Positions 1 through 11,382 of a stretch of DNA of 64,000 nt are shown piece after piece. The notes under the pieces were generated by a model, which saw only the letters and a list, made by a program, of their open reading frames with translations, was not told where the DNA came from and did not search any database. Every line of letters starts with the position of its first letter. The first letter of the stretch is position 1. The DNA is from Eledone cirrhosa (lineage: Eukaryota), in the NCBI GenBank assembly GCA_964016885.1, contig OZ024743.1, positions 148,924,001 to 148,988,000 of the forward strand. The letters are read 5' to 3'. Made by a program: the position numbers and the translations under genes.

Positions 1-139
1 TTTGGTGGGTTTTTTGGCAGACGTTATATATATTGGTTGTACTCTCTCTAAAATCCCCTGTTGTTCAAAGATCACAACATAATACTCAGAGTAACGATTA
101 GGGATGTTTTTAGTATATAATATATATAATATTATATTA

Positions 140-383
140 TATATCTATCTATCTAAGGCGGGTAAAATTCCCGAGATCCATGGACGAGTTCTCTCCAGCG
201 GTCTCTGTCCCTCATTATCGCTGCCATGCCCTGCGTCTCCAACAGACCAGTGTCTGTCCTTAGGGCATCAACATACGTTAACCTTGGTCTTCCTCTTCTA
301 GTGTGTCCATGTAGGGGCTCCCAAAGGAGCACTGAGTGCAATGTCAACTCTGGATGTCGGTGAGCATGTCCAGCTAACCTCAG

Positions 384-390
<7 letters not shown>
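140..390 (-). mobile_element. RTE-clade LINE, 3' terminal fragment
   Basis: Translation RRLRLAGHAHRH..LLWEPLHGHTRRGRPRLTYVD..MRDRDRWR is a typical RTE ORF C-terminus, followed by a short (TAGA)n tail. Confidence 0.8.
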
Positions 391-477
<87 letters not shown>

Positions 478-482
<5 letters not shown>

Positions 483-1350
483 CAAGGTTTAGCAAATAGA
501 GTAAAAGTTTTAAAATAAATTTTAAAAAGTTCGCTCTACTTACTATATGTACCCTTACCGCGCGGTTTCAAATCCCAAAATAAATGGATAATCCAGGCGG
601 ACCACCATTGAGAAGGGGATTCTCGTCAGAAGGTTCTTCTCGCTCGGATAATATAAAATTCCCGAGTTCAAATCACAAACTGGCGCCATACAAAACTGTT
701 CCCAGATGAGAGTGAATGAAGAAGAGACCAATTCTGTCTAGTGCCGTGTGTATAGTAAGTACAGCGAACTTTTTAAAATTTATTTTAAAACTTTTTCTCT
801 ATTTGCTAAATCTTGATTTTATATGTTCTGGCTTGTTAATTTATTAACCTGCCATAGAACCTCATTGGCACACGGCTGGATAATACTTGTATCCCTATAT
901 GTATTTTTCATAACATTTTGGTCGTTTGAACTGCTGCTATTTCTAGTGGCAGGACATTGACCTGTCCACCCTTGCCTTCTGTATTTACACACGACACTAG
1001 ACAGAATTGGTCCCTTCCTCATTCACTCTCATCTGGGAACAGTTTTGTATGGCGCGAGTTTGTGATTTGAACTCGGGAATTTTATATTCTCCGAGCTCTT
1101 CTCGCTCGGAGAATATAAAATTCCTTCTCAATTGTGGTCCGCCTGGATTATCTATTTATTTTGGGATTTGAAACCGCGCGGTAAGTGTACATATAGTAAG
1201 TACAGCGAAAAGTTTTTCTCTATTTGCTAAATCTTGATTTTATATGTCCTGGCTTGTTAATTTATTAACCTGCCATAGAAACACATTGGCACACGTTTGG
1301 ATAATACTTTTATCCCTATATGTATTTTTTGCACCTAAGCACACATACTT

Positions 1351-1352
<2 letters not shown>
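478..1352. mobile_element. (TA)n-flanked fold-back PLE-type pLTR element (inverted plus direct partial repeats)
   Basis: 478-750 is inverted relative to ~990-1240; 752-910 is directly repeated at ~1193-1330; HHR at 551-634; (TA)n on both sides. Confidence 0.7.
551..634 (-). ncRNA. Type I hammerhead ribozyme
   Basis: acctt-CTGACGA-gaatccc..gggattt-GAAA-CCGCGCGG-TA-agggt: intact core, stems I and II, palindromic stem III, GUA site. Confidence 0.75.
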
Positions 1353-1423
<71 letters not shown>

Positions 1424-1586
1424 GACATACAGTGAACAAGACGTCATGAAGAAAAGTTATATGACTAGATGTCCTTCCTAGCATCAATCTTCTGTGTAAA
1501 TATACTTACTCACACACATAGATATACATTTATATGTTTATAGATATATATATATACACACAGACACATAAACAGACACCACCACC

Positions 1587-1700
<114 letters not shown>

Positions 1701-1976
1701 TAGAAACACTCACACATGACCATACAAAAATAACTTCTATAATGTTTGCCATATGTCATAGAAATTGCTATCTGATCTCCCTACCCCTTCCACCTCTACC
1801 GCCGCCACCATGTTTGATAAGCAGAATTACAACCTTGTAAATGTCTGAGGGATGGAGATGGATATTTATATTTTGTCAGAGAACAATTTTATCTCTGAAT
1901 TAGTATAAAAGGTACTCAGTGCAAAGTTAATATCTAGTACCCACTCTAAAACTCTCATACAGACTTTTGTATGTTT

Positions 1977-2129
<153 letters not shown>

Positions 2130-2346
2130 ATGTGTGTGTATGTATGTATGCGTGTGTGTGTTTGTGTGTATGTTTACTTTTATACAAATGAAATTGTAAT
2201 GTTCGTACACAAATTTCTAAATTGAAAAATAACGAGATTCCCTGTAGGGATTTAAGATAGATATTTTAACTTGACCAGGCCATATATGGATGTGAACGAA
2301 AATTTCCGCATATATACTATATACATAAACATATGCATACAAACAA

Positions 2347-2399
<53 letters not shown>

Positions 2400-2403
<4 letters not shown>

Positions 2404-2560
2404 AACCAGTAAGACCCCGACGGCTGAGCTCAAGCCGTTTCGACGTCCAGAATTAGCCGTCGAAACGGCTTGAGCTCAGCCGTCGGGGTCTTACTGGTTC
2501 CTATTACCCACTCTACTACCCCAAGTATGGTCCACCTGGTTCCTTACCACATTTCCTTCG

Positions 2561-2562
<2 letters not shown>
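2400..2562. mobile_element. Short hairpin element carrying the 3' half of an HHR (family also at 33555, 35350, 39860, 44092)
   Basis: ~45-bp inverted arms; GAAACGGCT-tgagctc-AGCCGTC reads as HHR stem III with a GUC site; between (TA)n tracts. Confidence 0.6.
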
Positions 2563-2624
<62 letters not shown>

Positions 2625-2630
<6 letters not shown>

Positions 2631-3159
2631 ATGAAACAGTTCCTTATATTAAACAAAAAAAGTTCATTATTTAACGATCGTTTCTAGGATATATATGTGT
2701 TAGAATTGGTATGCATATTCAACAGATCTATGTACAAAATTATACAGAATTATACAAACTATCAAGATTAAATATACATACCAACACATATATACGCCGT
2801 CTTCAGAAATAATCATTATTTCTGAAGACGGCGTATATATGTGTTGGTATGTATATTTAATCTTGATAGTTTGTATAATTCTGTATAATTTTGTACATAG
2901 ATCTGTTGAATATGCATACCAATTCTAACACATATATATCCTAGAAACGATCGTTAAATAATGAACTTTTTTTGTTTAATATAAGGAACTGTTTCATTGT
3001 TTTATTCATTATTTGTTTAATATTTTATCTTGACTCTGTATACCGTTTATCTTTCACCGAAAGTGATTTTTCATTACATCTCTTCTTTCCATGATATCCG
3101 GAATACATTGAGTTCTTCATACGGATTGGACACTACCGTAAACTCTTGGTAGATTTATC

Positions 3160-3165
<6 letters not shown>
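2625..3165. mobile_element. Fold-back element with ~190-bp near-perfect palindrome centred at ~2814, one HHR per arm
   Basis: 2625-2813 is the reverse complement of 2815-3004; (TA)n flanks. Confidence 0.8.
2814..2963 (+). ncRNA. Type I hammerhead ribozyme with very long stem II insert (mirror copy ~2666-2813 on -)
   Basis: cattattt-CTGAAGA-[~115 nt]-GAAAC-gatc-GTT-aaataatg; 8-bp stem I, palindromic AACGATCGTT. Confidence 0.65.
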
Positions 3166-3233
<68 letters not shown>

Positions 3234-3255
3234 ATTTATTAAAATAACAGATTAA

Positions 3256-3306
3256 AGTTTAAGCAAAGAATCGCTGCTTTCACCCTTAACGGGATCTTCT
3301 GAAACT
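3256..3306 (-). ncRNA. Hammerhead ribozyme, U4A core variant (family also at ~44664-44709, partial at ~61180-61270)
   Basis: agttt-CAGAAGA-tccc gttaa gggt-GAAA-GCA..TGC-TT-aaact. Confidence 0.55.
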
Positions 3307-3704
3307 AACAAAGTCAATCTGTAAACGCATATTCATAGAAAAATGAGAAAACTAGAACGGCTATTAAAATAGGTAAATACTGTCAAAGACAGTGATGGAC
3401 AAAAATACCTCAGAGGACAGAAATCAGCAGCAAGCGGTGGGGAGTCAATCCTTGAGATGAATGACAGGCAGATGAAACATAGAAAATATTGAGAGAGGAG
3501 TAGGGCAAGGAAAAGTGTATTGGTGCAGTAAAATTGTTCCTCACGATTTAATTGAGAGTACTCTCTATGGGCTAATATGTGTTGAGTTTTCTCATTTTTC
3601 TATGAATTTTGATATACTCTTGCCTCTTATTAACAAGAGACATCAATGTTGGTTCATATATATATATATATATATATATAAGTGGTTACACAACAGTTAG
3701 TTCA

Positions 3705-3754
3705 CCATACCGAGAACAATTGTTTCACCTTAGCGGATCCTCAGCTCGGAATGG
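3705..3754 (-). ncRNA. Minimal type I hammerhead ribozyme (inverted copy 4749-4798 + has C3U)
   Basis: ccattccgag-CTGAGGA-tcc gctaa ggt-GAAAC-aatt-GTT-ctcggtatgg. Confidence 0.7.
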
Positions 3755-3915
3755 GCATGGTTATAGGAACAGGAATGACAACCGTACGAACGCGCATGCG
3801 CAGAAACCAGGTCACTTCACACAAGTAATAAATAATAGACTGCGTGCAAGAGGTGAAAGGGAGATAACTGCGAAAGTCCGAAAAGTGTTTAGGTTGAAAA
3901 TAAAGTTACAAAGAA

Positions 3916-4300
3916 TCAGTCCGGAGCCTTGTAGTTATGCAATAGGTGTTTGGCGACGTGTGGACAGCGTGTGAAAAATTCACTTCTCGTGTTTAGGCAA
4001 TCACTATTGCGTAATCGCTTTAGAATAGTTATTCGTTCGTCAACACATAAGCCACACGTCGGGTTTCCCCTTGAATGTGGCTTGGACTTAGTGATGGCTT
4101 TCCATTGAATGGAGTAGTCTATACTTGATTCCTTGAGGGACCATACGTGGCTCGCGAATTTCGTGGATGAACGTCTGTCCGTGTACCTGAAGGTAGACTG
4201 GTAGTTCAGGAAACGTTCCTTGAATCGGCCCTCCGCCATGCCCACATAGGATTTGACCTCCTGTTGTTCGTTTGGTGGGTTGGAAGTGACTACAGCTTAA
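3916..4300 (-). pseudogene. PLE C-terminal GIY-YIG endonuclease fragment
   Basis: AVVTS..KSYVGMAEGRFKERF..H.W.LK..YSIQW..CGLC.DERITI..LNTRSE..CPH: GIY-YIG with C-terminal CxxC/CxH; 5' truncated. Confidence 0.85.
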
Positions 4301-4887
4301 AAAAGACTTAGCTTCAATCTTCAATGAGTTAGGACTTAGGATAACAGTAGCCATCAACCTTTCTAGCGTAGGAGTCAAGTATAGACTACTCCATTCAATG
4401 GAAAGCCATCACTAAGTCCAAGCCATACTCAAGGGGAAATCCGACGTGTGCCTTATGTATTGACGAACGAATAACTATTCTAAAGAGATTACGCAATAGT
4501 GATTGCCTAAACACGAGGAGGGAATTTTTCACACGATATCCACACGTAGCCAAACACCTATTGCATAACTACAAGGCTCCGGACTGATTCTTTGTAACTT
4601 TATTTTCAACCTAAAAACTTTTCGGACATTCGCAGTTATCTCCCTTACACTTCTCGCACGCAGTCTATTATTTATTGCCTGTGTGAAGTGACCGGGTTTC
4701 TGCGCATGCGCGTTCGTACGGTTGTCCTTCCTGTTCCTATAACCAAGCCCATTCCGAGTTGAGGATCCGCTAAGGTGAAACAATTGTTCTCGGTATGGAG
4801 AAATAACTGTTGTGTAACCACTCCTACCTAACTCGTCCCATGGACTGAGTGCTCTACCACTACGGATATTACCTCACAGTGTTCCAC

Positions 4888-4957
<70 letters not shown>

Positions 4958-5119
4958 GAATAAACAAGAGAGATGAACACTAATATAAACATATGTGTTC
5001 GAATCGTAAGGACCAAATTTGCTGGTGGGGTGAAAACATACTAACTACTGCAATATAGTTTGTTATCCTTAACTTTAAATATTAAATTAAGAAAAATAAC
5101 AGACCTATATTGGCCTTGT

Positions 5120-5201
5120 AACAACTAGACAGTGTTGGAGACTGTTTCGCAACGACTTATTAAGTGCAGTTCCCACGTTTCTCTGCTCCTCAGTAGTTGT
5201 T
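5120..5201 (-). ncRNA. Type I hammerhead ribozyme
   Basis: Reverse complement of the 8154-8235 motif; intact core. Confidence 0.8.
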
Positions 5202-6192
5202 GAGAAATTAGTGATACTTTCACTTCTAAAAATATTAGAGAATGAATTGTGTACGATATGAATTATCTCACGTGTCATTCGGAACCCAGCTTGTCTCGAA
5301 ATTCCCTGCCACTAAAAATTAATTTTTTTAAATTTAATATTTAAAGTTAAGAATAACAAACTATATTGCTGTAGTTAGTATTTTTTCACCCCAGCAAATT
5401 TGGTCCTTACGATTCGAACACATGTATCTTTATATTAGTGTTCATCTCTCTTGTTTATTCAATTATATTGTACGGCTCGGAAAAGCTTTTTTTCTTAGAG
5501 CTATTTAATTGTAAGAGACTACCCTGAGTTCTTAACTCAATATATATTTGTCGGCTCCATCATGTAGATCACAGGTTCTCAACCCATTTAGGCCAAACGC
5601 CCCCTTTTGTCCCTCGAAATCACGAAAAGCCCCCTACCCTATTTGTCCATTTTTCTATATACTACTGATTTTGATATCAGTAGATTACTAAAAAATTGAT
5701 TAACAATATTCCAAAGATACCATTGCAGGCAGCTGAGAGTATAAATACATTCCTGAAAAGAAATATATAAATTTCAAAAAATGGAACATAAATATTCTTT
5801 TTGATGAATAAGGACCAGTTGAATTTGTTATATTCCCACCAGGCGATACCAGCTATTTTGAACATTCATACAAGAACAACTCTGTCTATCCCAAGTGTGC
5901 TCTTATCTGGAAGAAAGTGGCAATTATATCATTTCAAAGCTTTAATGAAACGTACAGAATAAATGTTGATATCTAACTTGATGTCCCCTCCGCTTTGTGA
6001 GCTTAGAGACCACGCAACAGGGTTTTTCATGACCACGTAAGAGGGTATATTTATTAGTAAATGGTAAAATATATACAACAAATGAGTAAGTGAACTGAAG
6101 TAGATGGTTTCCACTCCAGTCAGCCTGCAAGTACAAATAAAAAAATTGTTAGTTTGCTTTGTAACAATAGCATATCCAAGTTTTCAGATGAA

Positions 6193-7260
6193 TCAACTTA
6201 CTTTAATTTTGACCTTATTTCCATGGGACCCTTGAGCTTCATGGAGTCTAGCTGACTCTTTGACGCCAGGCTGGATTTTCGTAAGATGTAGCCGGAGATC
6301 TCCACGTGTAATTACATTGTAGCGGTTGCGAGCCTTACTGTAGAGTCTGGAAACAGCACCAAACCTCCTCTCGACTAAGTATGAGCTTGGAAAAGGCAGA
6401 GCAAATCTCTTAGCCTCTGCATGTAGGAGTGGAAATCGACGCTGAATTTCCTCTTGCATCCCAAAAAAGGATTCACTTATTTGGGGAAATCTAATTTTTA
6501 TTATGTCATCTGCTTGAAGTTCAATGAATTCTTCCTGAAATTTAACGTCCAAATCATCGACGGTAGCTATGAAGGGATCTGCTATCCACATTGGGATGGC
6601 CATCGACAAAAGGTCGACAAACCGTTCTCTCATGTTGCCTTGTACCGCACGGAGGTGAGTGGTATAAATTTGGAGTTAGTGATCGCTTACAATGTTTTGA
6701 ACAGTGACAAAACTAGGAACTTATAGAATTCCCGTCAACAAAGATTCTTTTCGATGACATTCAATTTGGCCAGGAATGTTTTCACAGCATTCCTTGCTTT
6801 AAGCAAGGTGATCTTCTTCCCCTGCAAAGCCAAAATGACGCTATTGCATTTGTCGAAGATGTTGGTGAAGTAGGCGCAGTCTTGCCTCACATCGAGGGTT
6901 TTCTTGTACAGTTCTGTGTTGCGCCCTCGCAGAAACTCAATGATAAAATCGGAGAGTTCAAAGAAGTGAGAAAGGCACTTGCCCTTTGAAAGCCACCTCA
7001 CTTCAGTATGAAGGAGCAACATGACGAATTCTTCGTCATTATCTTGGCACAGTTGCCGGAAAATTCGTTCATTGAGGGAAATCAGTTTGATAAAATTGAT
7101 GACATCAACGGCCACCTGCAAGGACTTGTTCAGCGGTTCGCTGAGTTTCTTCGCAGCCAAGTGTTGTCGATGAATGACACAATTAACAGCAAATACAGAT
7201 GGATTTTCTCTCTTCAGAAGAGTGACGAAACCCTTATGTTGGCCAACCCATTGCTCTTGC
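6193..7260 (-). pseudogene. hAT transposase (Buster/ZBED8/SCAND3-like), frameshifted and lacking the N-terminus
   Basis: Motifs NCVIHRQHLAAK, LLLHTEVRWLSKG, LPFPSSYLVERRF, RGDLRLHLT split over two ORFs. Confidence 0.9.
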
Positions 7261-7284
7261 GTCGTCTGTAGCACATGATACAAT

Positions 7285-7530
7285 GTGTGTTTTATGTGAT
7301 CTTAGATGTATGTATTACCTGCCTGTGTGTTGTATGTAGTCCTAGATGTATGTATTTCCTGCTTATGTATTGCATGTGGTCCTAACTGTATGTATTACCT
7401 GCTTGTGTGTTGTATGTTGTCCTAGATGTGCGTATTACCTCTTTATGTGTTGCATGTGGTCCTAGATGTGTGTATTACCTGCTTATGTGTTGTATGTGGT
7501 CCTAGATGTGTGTGCTACCTGCTTCTGTGT
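7285..7530. repeat. ~40-bp minisatellite inside the hAT element
   Basis: About 6 degenerate copies of tgtgttgtatgtggtcctagatgtgtgtattacctgctta. Confidence 0.8.
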
Positions 7531-8153
7531 TTTTCTTTTCTTTTTTTATTTGTAATATTATTTATACAATAGGGAATAAAATAGATCTACATAGTGTTAA
7601 CTCGTTACGGTTGAGTCAATAACTTCAGACATGAAATACATTGTTATCGGTGAAGGAAAGACAAGATTCTAATTGGCTGCGCTCAGTGTCCTTTACCCAG
7701 TTGACTGTGGGTTTTTCCATTTTTAGGGTCCCAATTGCCGGTTACTGTCTAGAGACGCCTGCACACCTGCGGTCAGGCAATAGTTATGCTGTCTGCATGC
7801 TCGTTCAAATGCATTCAAACTGGCTGTCTCAAAGACATACAAATGTGGCTTATAAAACTTACCAAAGCAAAGAGCCTTCCAGCCCCCCCCCCCCCCCAGC
7901 TCCAAACGTCCACTAACTCCTCCTTGCTCCCAAACGCCCCCTGGAGTTCCGAAACTCCCCCCGGGTGTGCATATGCCTCCCGTTGAGAACATTTGATGTA
8001 GAGCTAATTTTTATTGTCCTGTCAGCCAGGCTGCTAGTTTTAGCGGCAGGGAATTTCGAGACAAGATGGGTTCCGAATGACACGTGCGATAATTCATATC
8101 GTACACAATTCATTCTCTAATATTTTTAGAAGTGAAAGGATCACTAATTTCTC

Positions 8154-8235
8154 AACAACTACTGAGGAGCAGAGAAACGTGGGAACTTCACTTAATAAGT
8201 CGTTGCGAAACAGTCTCCAACACTGTCTAGTTGTT
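8154..8235 (+). ncRNA. Type I hammerhead ribozyme
   Basis: aacaacta-CTGAGGA-gca..tgc-GAAACAG-tctccaaca-CTGTC-tagttgtt: 8-bp stem I, GUC site. Confidence 0.85.
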
Positions 8236-8491
8236 ACCAGGCATTTTTGCCCAATATAGGCCTGTTATTTTTCTAAATTGTTCTTAATTTAATATTTAAA
8301 GTAAAAGATAACAAACTATATTGCTGTAGTTAGTATTTTTTCACCCCACCAAATTTGGTCCTTACGATTCGAACACATGTATGTTTATATTAGGGTTCAT
8401 CTCTCTTGTTTATTCAATTATATTGTACGGCTCGGAAAAGCTTTTTTCTTAGAGCTATTTAATTGAAAGAGACTACCCTGAGTTCTTAACT

Positions 8492-8587
<96 letters not shown>

Positions 8588-8847
8588 GGAAGTTCAGCAT
8601 AATCGAAGCTCTGGCTGCAGCTAAGCTAACGAATGCAATCGGAATGTTCAGCTAAGCACTCAATAAGGTATTTTACCTTAGAGTAGTAACATTATGTTTA
8701 GACAGCTGTGCAAATTGAAGATTGCGACCGGCAAGCCTGCCGCAGGGACCAAAGCAACGAGAAAACCGACTCAGGATAATTTGACAAACCTGGACCATCG
8801 CGTCGATATTATGCAATACCTCCGCTAGGTTTCTGTGAATCCGAAAT

Positions 8848-8887
<40 letters not shown>

Positions 8888-9021
8888 GATAACAAAGTAT
8901 CGTTATAGGTAATCCAGTTAGATGTTGTGAATACTCCGTAATCTGGATAGTTTTAGAATACGGGTTTGTTTGACTCAACAAGAGGTTTCCTAGTATATTA
9001 CAAACGCCGTGTATAATTTTA

Positions 9022-9136
9022 ACAGTTTTTCTGATGATTTGGTTAAGCATACATTGTATTTAAAATTAAGTGACACAACTTCAAGTGATTAGCAATTTTT
9101 AGACAACTTAATCAATGAAACAATTGTTAATACTGT
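9022..9136 (+). ncRNA. Hammerhead ribozyme of a PLE pLTR family (also 23376-23490 +; degenerate at ~23203-23320 - and ~42845-42930 +)
   Basis: CTGATGA-tttggttaag..cttaatcaat-GAAAC-aatt-GTT-aatactgt. Confidence 0.7.
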
Positions 9137-9186
9137 AAATAAAACCCTTTTTGTACTGTTGACCATGTTATTCTTCACTCTTTCAC

Positions 9187-9241
<55 letters not shown>

Positions 9242-9339
9242 TCAATTAGGGAGAGTTAGTTGATTAAGAATCAGGCAACATTTATATAACAGGTGTCAAG
9301 CACTCAACGGTATATGTTTATCCGGAGTTTTGTTATAGC

Positions 9340-9725
9340 AATTGTTTCTACTTTAGGCACAAGGCCAGCAATTACCCAGTACATTACTGGTACTTTATTT
9401 TATCGACCCCGTAAGGATGAAAGGCAAAGTCAACCTCGGCGGGAAATAATAACAAACAGAAAAAAGAAGTAGAAAATATTTTAGCACAAAAAAAGTTGTA
9501 ATACGTAGAATAATAAAATAACCTCATGTACAATAATATAATTGTTTCTGCTTGTTGGCACAAGGCCAGCAATTATCCCAGTGTATTACTGGTACTTTAT
9601 TTTACGACCCCGTAAGGATGAAAGGCAAAGTTAACCTCGGCAGGATTTGAACTCAGTCCGTAAAGGGACGTAACTGTGCTGCAAAGCATGGCGTCCGACC
9701 CTCTACCAATACCCGGCAATCCACA
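9340..9725 (-). mobile_element. tRNA-derived SINE (Nin/Deu-domain-like): full copy + ~95-bp spacer + partial copy
   Basis: B box GTTCAAATCC, A-box-like TATTGGTAGA, body GCCTTTCATCCTTACGGGGTCG-TAAAATAAAGTACCAG; same composite at 21005-21390. Confidence 0.8.
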
Positions 9726-9930
9726 ATAATAATAATAAACAAAAAAGACAGTTACTTTACATAAGTCAAAACATGTTCTCTTCAGATAAGAGCCACAGGG
9801 GATATAGATATCATTTGATATGCAAGCGGTCAGATGAGGTATTCAGTTCAGTGGCCAGCAAGCATATGCCTGGAAAAAAGAACCTCCACACAGAAGATAT
9901 TGTATGAGTGGGAAAAATATTACATTTGGT

Positions 9931-10059
<129 letters not shown>

Positions 10060-10092
10060 CATGTGTGAGAGAGAGTGTGTGTGTATATATAT

Positions 10093-10159
<67 letters not shown>

Positions 10160-10169
10160 AATATATGTG

Positions 10170-10835
10170 AACGGCAAAGCATAAATGAACTAAGTGAGAA
10201 ATTAGGAATAAGAGGGATCAGATGCTGTTTACTCGAGATAAGACTACATTAGTATGGTCACATGATGCGCATGAAAGACGACAGCTGTATAAAAAAGTGC
10301 AGGGCGATCAAAATAGACGATAGCCACGGAGTAGGCAAACCCAGAAAAAACTGGGATGACTTGATAAATTCTGACCTCACACACTTACACTTCTCCAAGA
10401 CAATGTCACTGGACTGAGATCTTTGGCTCTACGCAGTAATACAGAAGGCCCGCCTTGCCTAATTGCAAAGCGAAACCTACAGTCAGTAGGCACCTCTTAA
10501 CCAAAATACACCCCCGTACCACAACCCCCACCCCATCCACACCACCCCTTTCGATGTAAAGTTATGTTGGTACCACAACATCCAGTCCTAAATAAATGAG
10601 GTTGTGTAGGTGTCACGACAAAAAAACACACAGTCCACACTGTAATGTGGCCATGTAGGTAAAACGGTAAAAACCTTCCAGTCCACACTGTAAACGTGGT
10701 TGGTGTTAGGAAGGGCATCCAGCCGTAGAAAACCTGCCAGGCAGTCCTATACGAGCAATCTTGCCTCAAGTGGGAAAATTCCCGTCCAAACCCATGCTAG
10801 CATGGAAAATGGACGTTAAACGATGATGATGATGA
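10170..10835 (+). mobile_element. RTE LINE 3' end with 3' UTR and (GAT)n tail
   Basis: [41 protein letters not shown]; tail AGGAAGGGCATCCAG..GGACGTTAAACGATGATGAT. Confidence 0.8.
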
Positions 10836-11351
10836 TATATATATATATATGTGTGTGTGTGTATATGTATGCATGAAATTGTATTGCCCAGGGATAGCTG
10901 ATGGGCATTTCATTCATCCCATGTGTTTCTATTGAGCAACATTGATTGACTGGTATTCCAACCATGACATTCCATTTTTTTTTCGGGCATAGTATTAGCT
11001 GTCTTGTACGAATAGTACGTAACATGGTTAACTGTGAAAAGTCATTCAGTTAATGATAAAAATGTGAATTTTAGCTTTTCTCAATATTCAGGCACATCTT
11101 TTATGAAGGAGTTTAATACTAACTATTGCTTGTCCATAATATACTTAAGATTATTTTCAAAGAATTTGGTTTGAGTATTTTTCAAAGGAATACACAGTTG
11201 AAGAAACTCAGTACTACTCATCAAAAATGAGCCAAAGAATAGCAAACTCATCAGATATAGAGAAAGAATAAGAGTGAATAGAAATGATAGTGAGAAACAG
11301 GGAGTTTTACTGGGCAAGATAGAGAGATAGCGAGAGTGAGATAGAGAGAGC

Positions 11352-11382
<31 letters not shown>

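Larger units (their letters stand above)
3680..4825. mobile_element. Penelope-like element: two 5'-truncated copies joined head-to-head
   Basis: GIY-YIG relic on - (3916-4300) and an inverted copy on + (4376-4825); each ends in an HHR next to a (TA)n tract. Confidence 0.85.
5570..7995 (-). mobile_element. hAT (Buster/Charlie-type) DNA transposon, defective
   Basis: 14-bp imperfect TIRs CACAGGTTCTCAAC / GTTGAGAACATTTG; 8-bp TSD ATGTAGAT / ATGTAGAG with central TA; transposase relic inside. Confidence 0.85.
4954..8495. mobile_element. Fold-back PLE-type pLTR element interrupted by a hAT insertion
   Basis: 4954-5300 is inverted relative to ~8040-8420; 5325-5545 is directly repeated at ~8280-8495; (TA)n flanks. 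Confidence 0.75.

Noticed and set aside
3916-4300. Selenocysteine recoding as reported for some Naiad PLEs
   Set aside because: No in-frame TGA at Cys positions and no identifiable SECIS in these fragments
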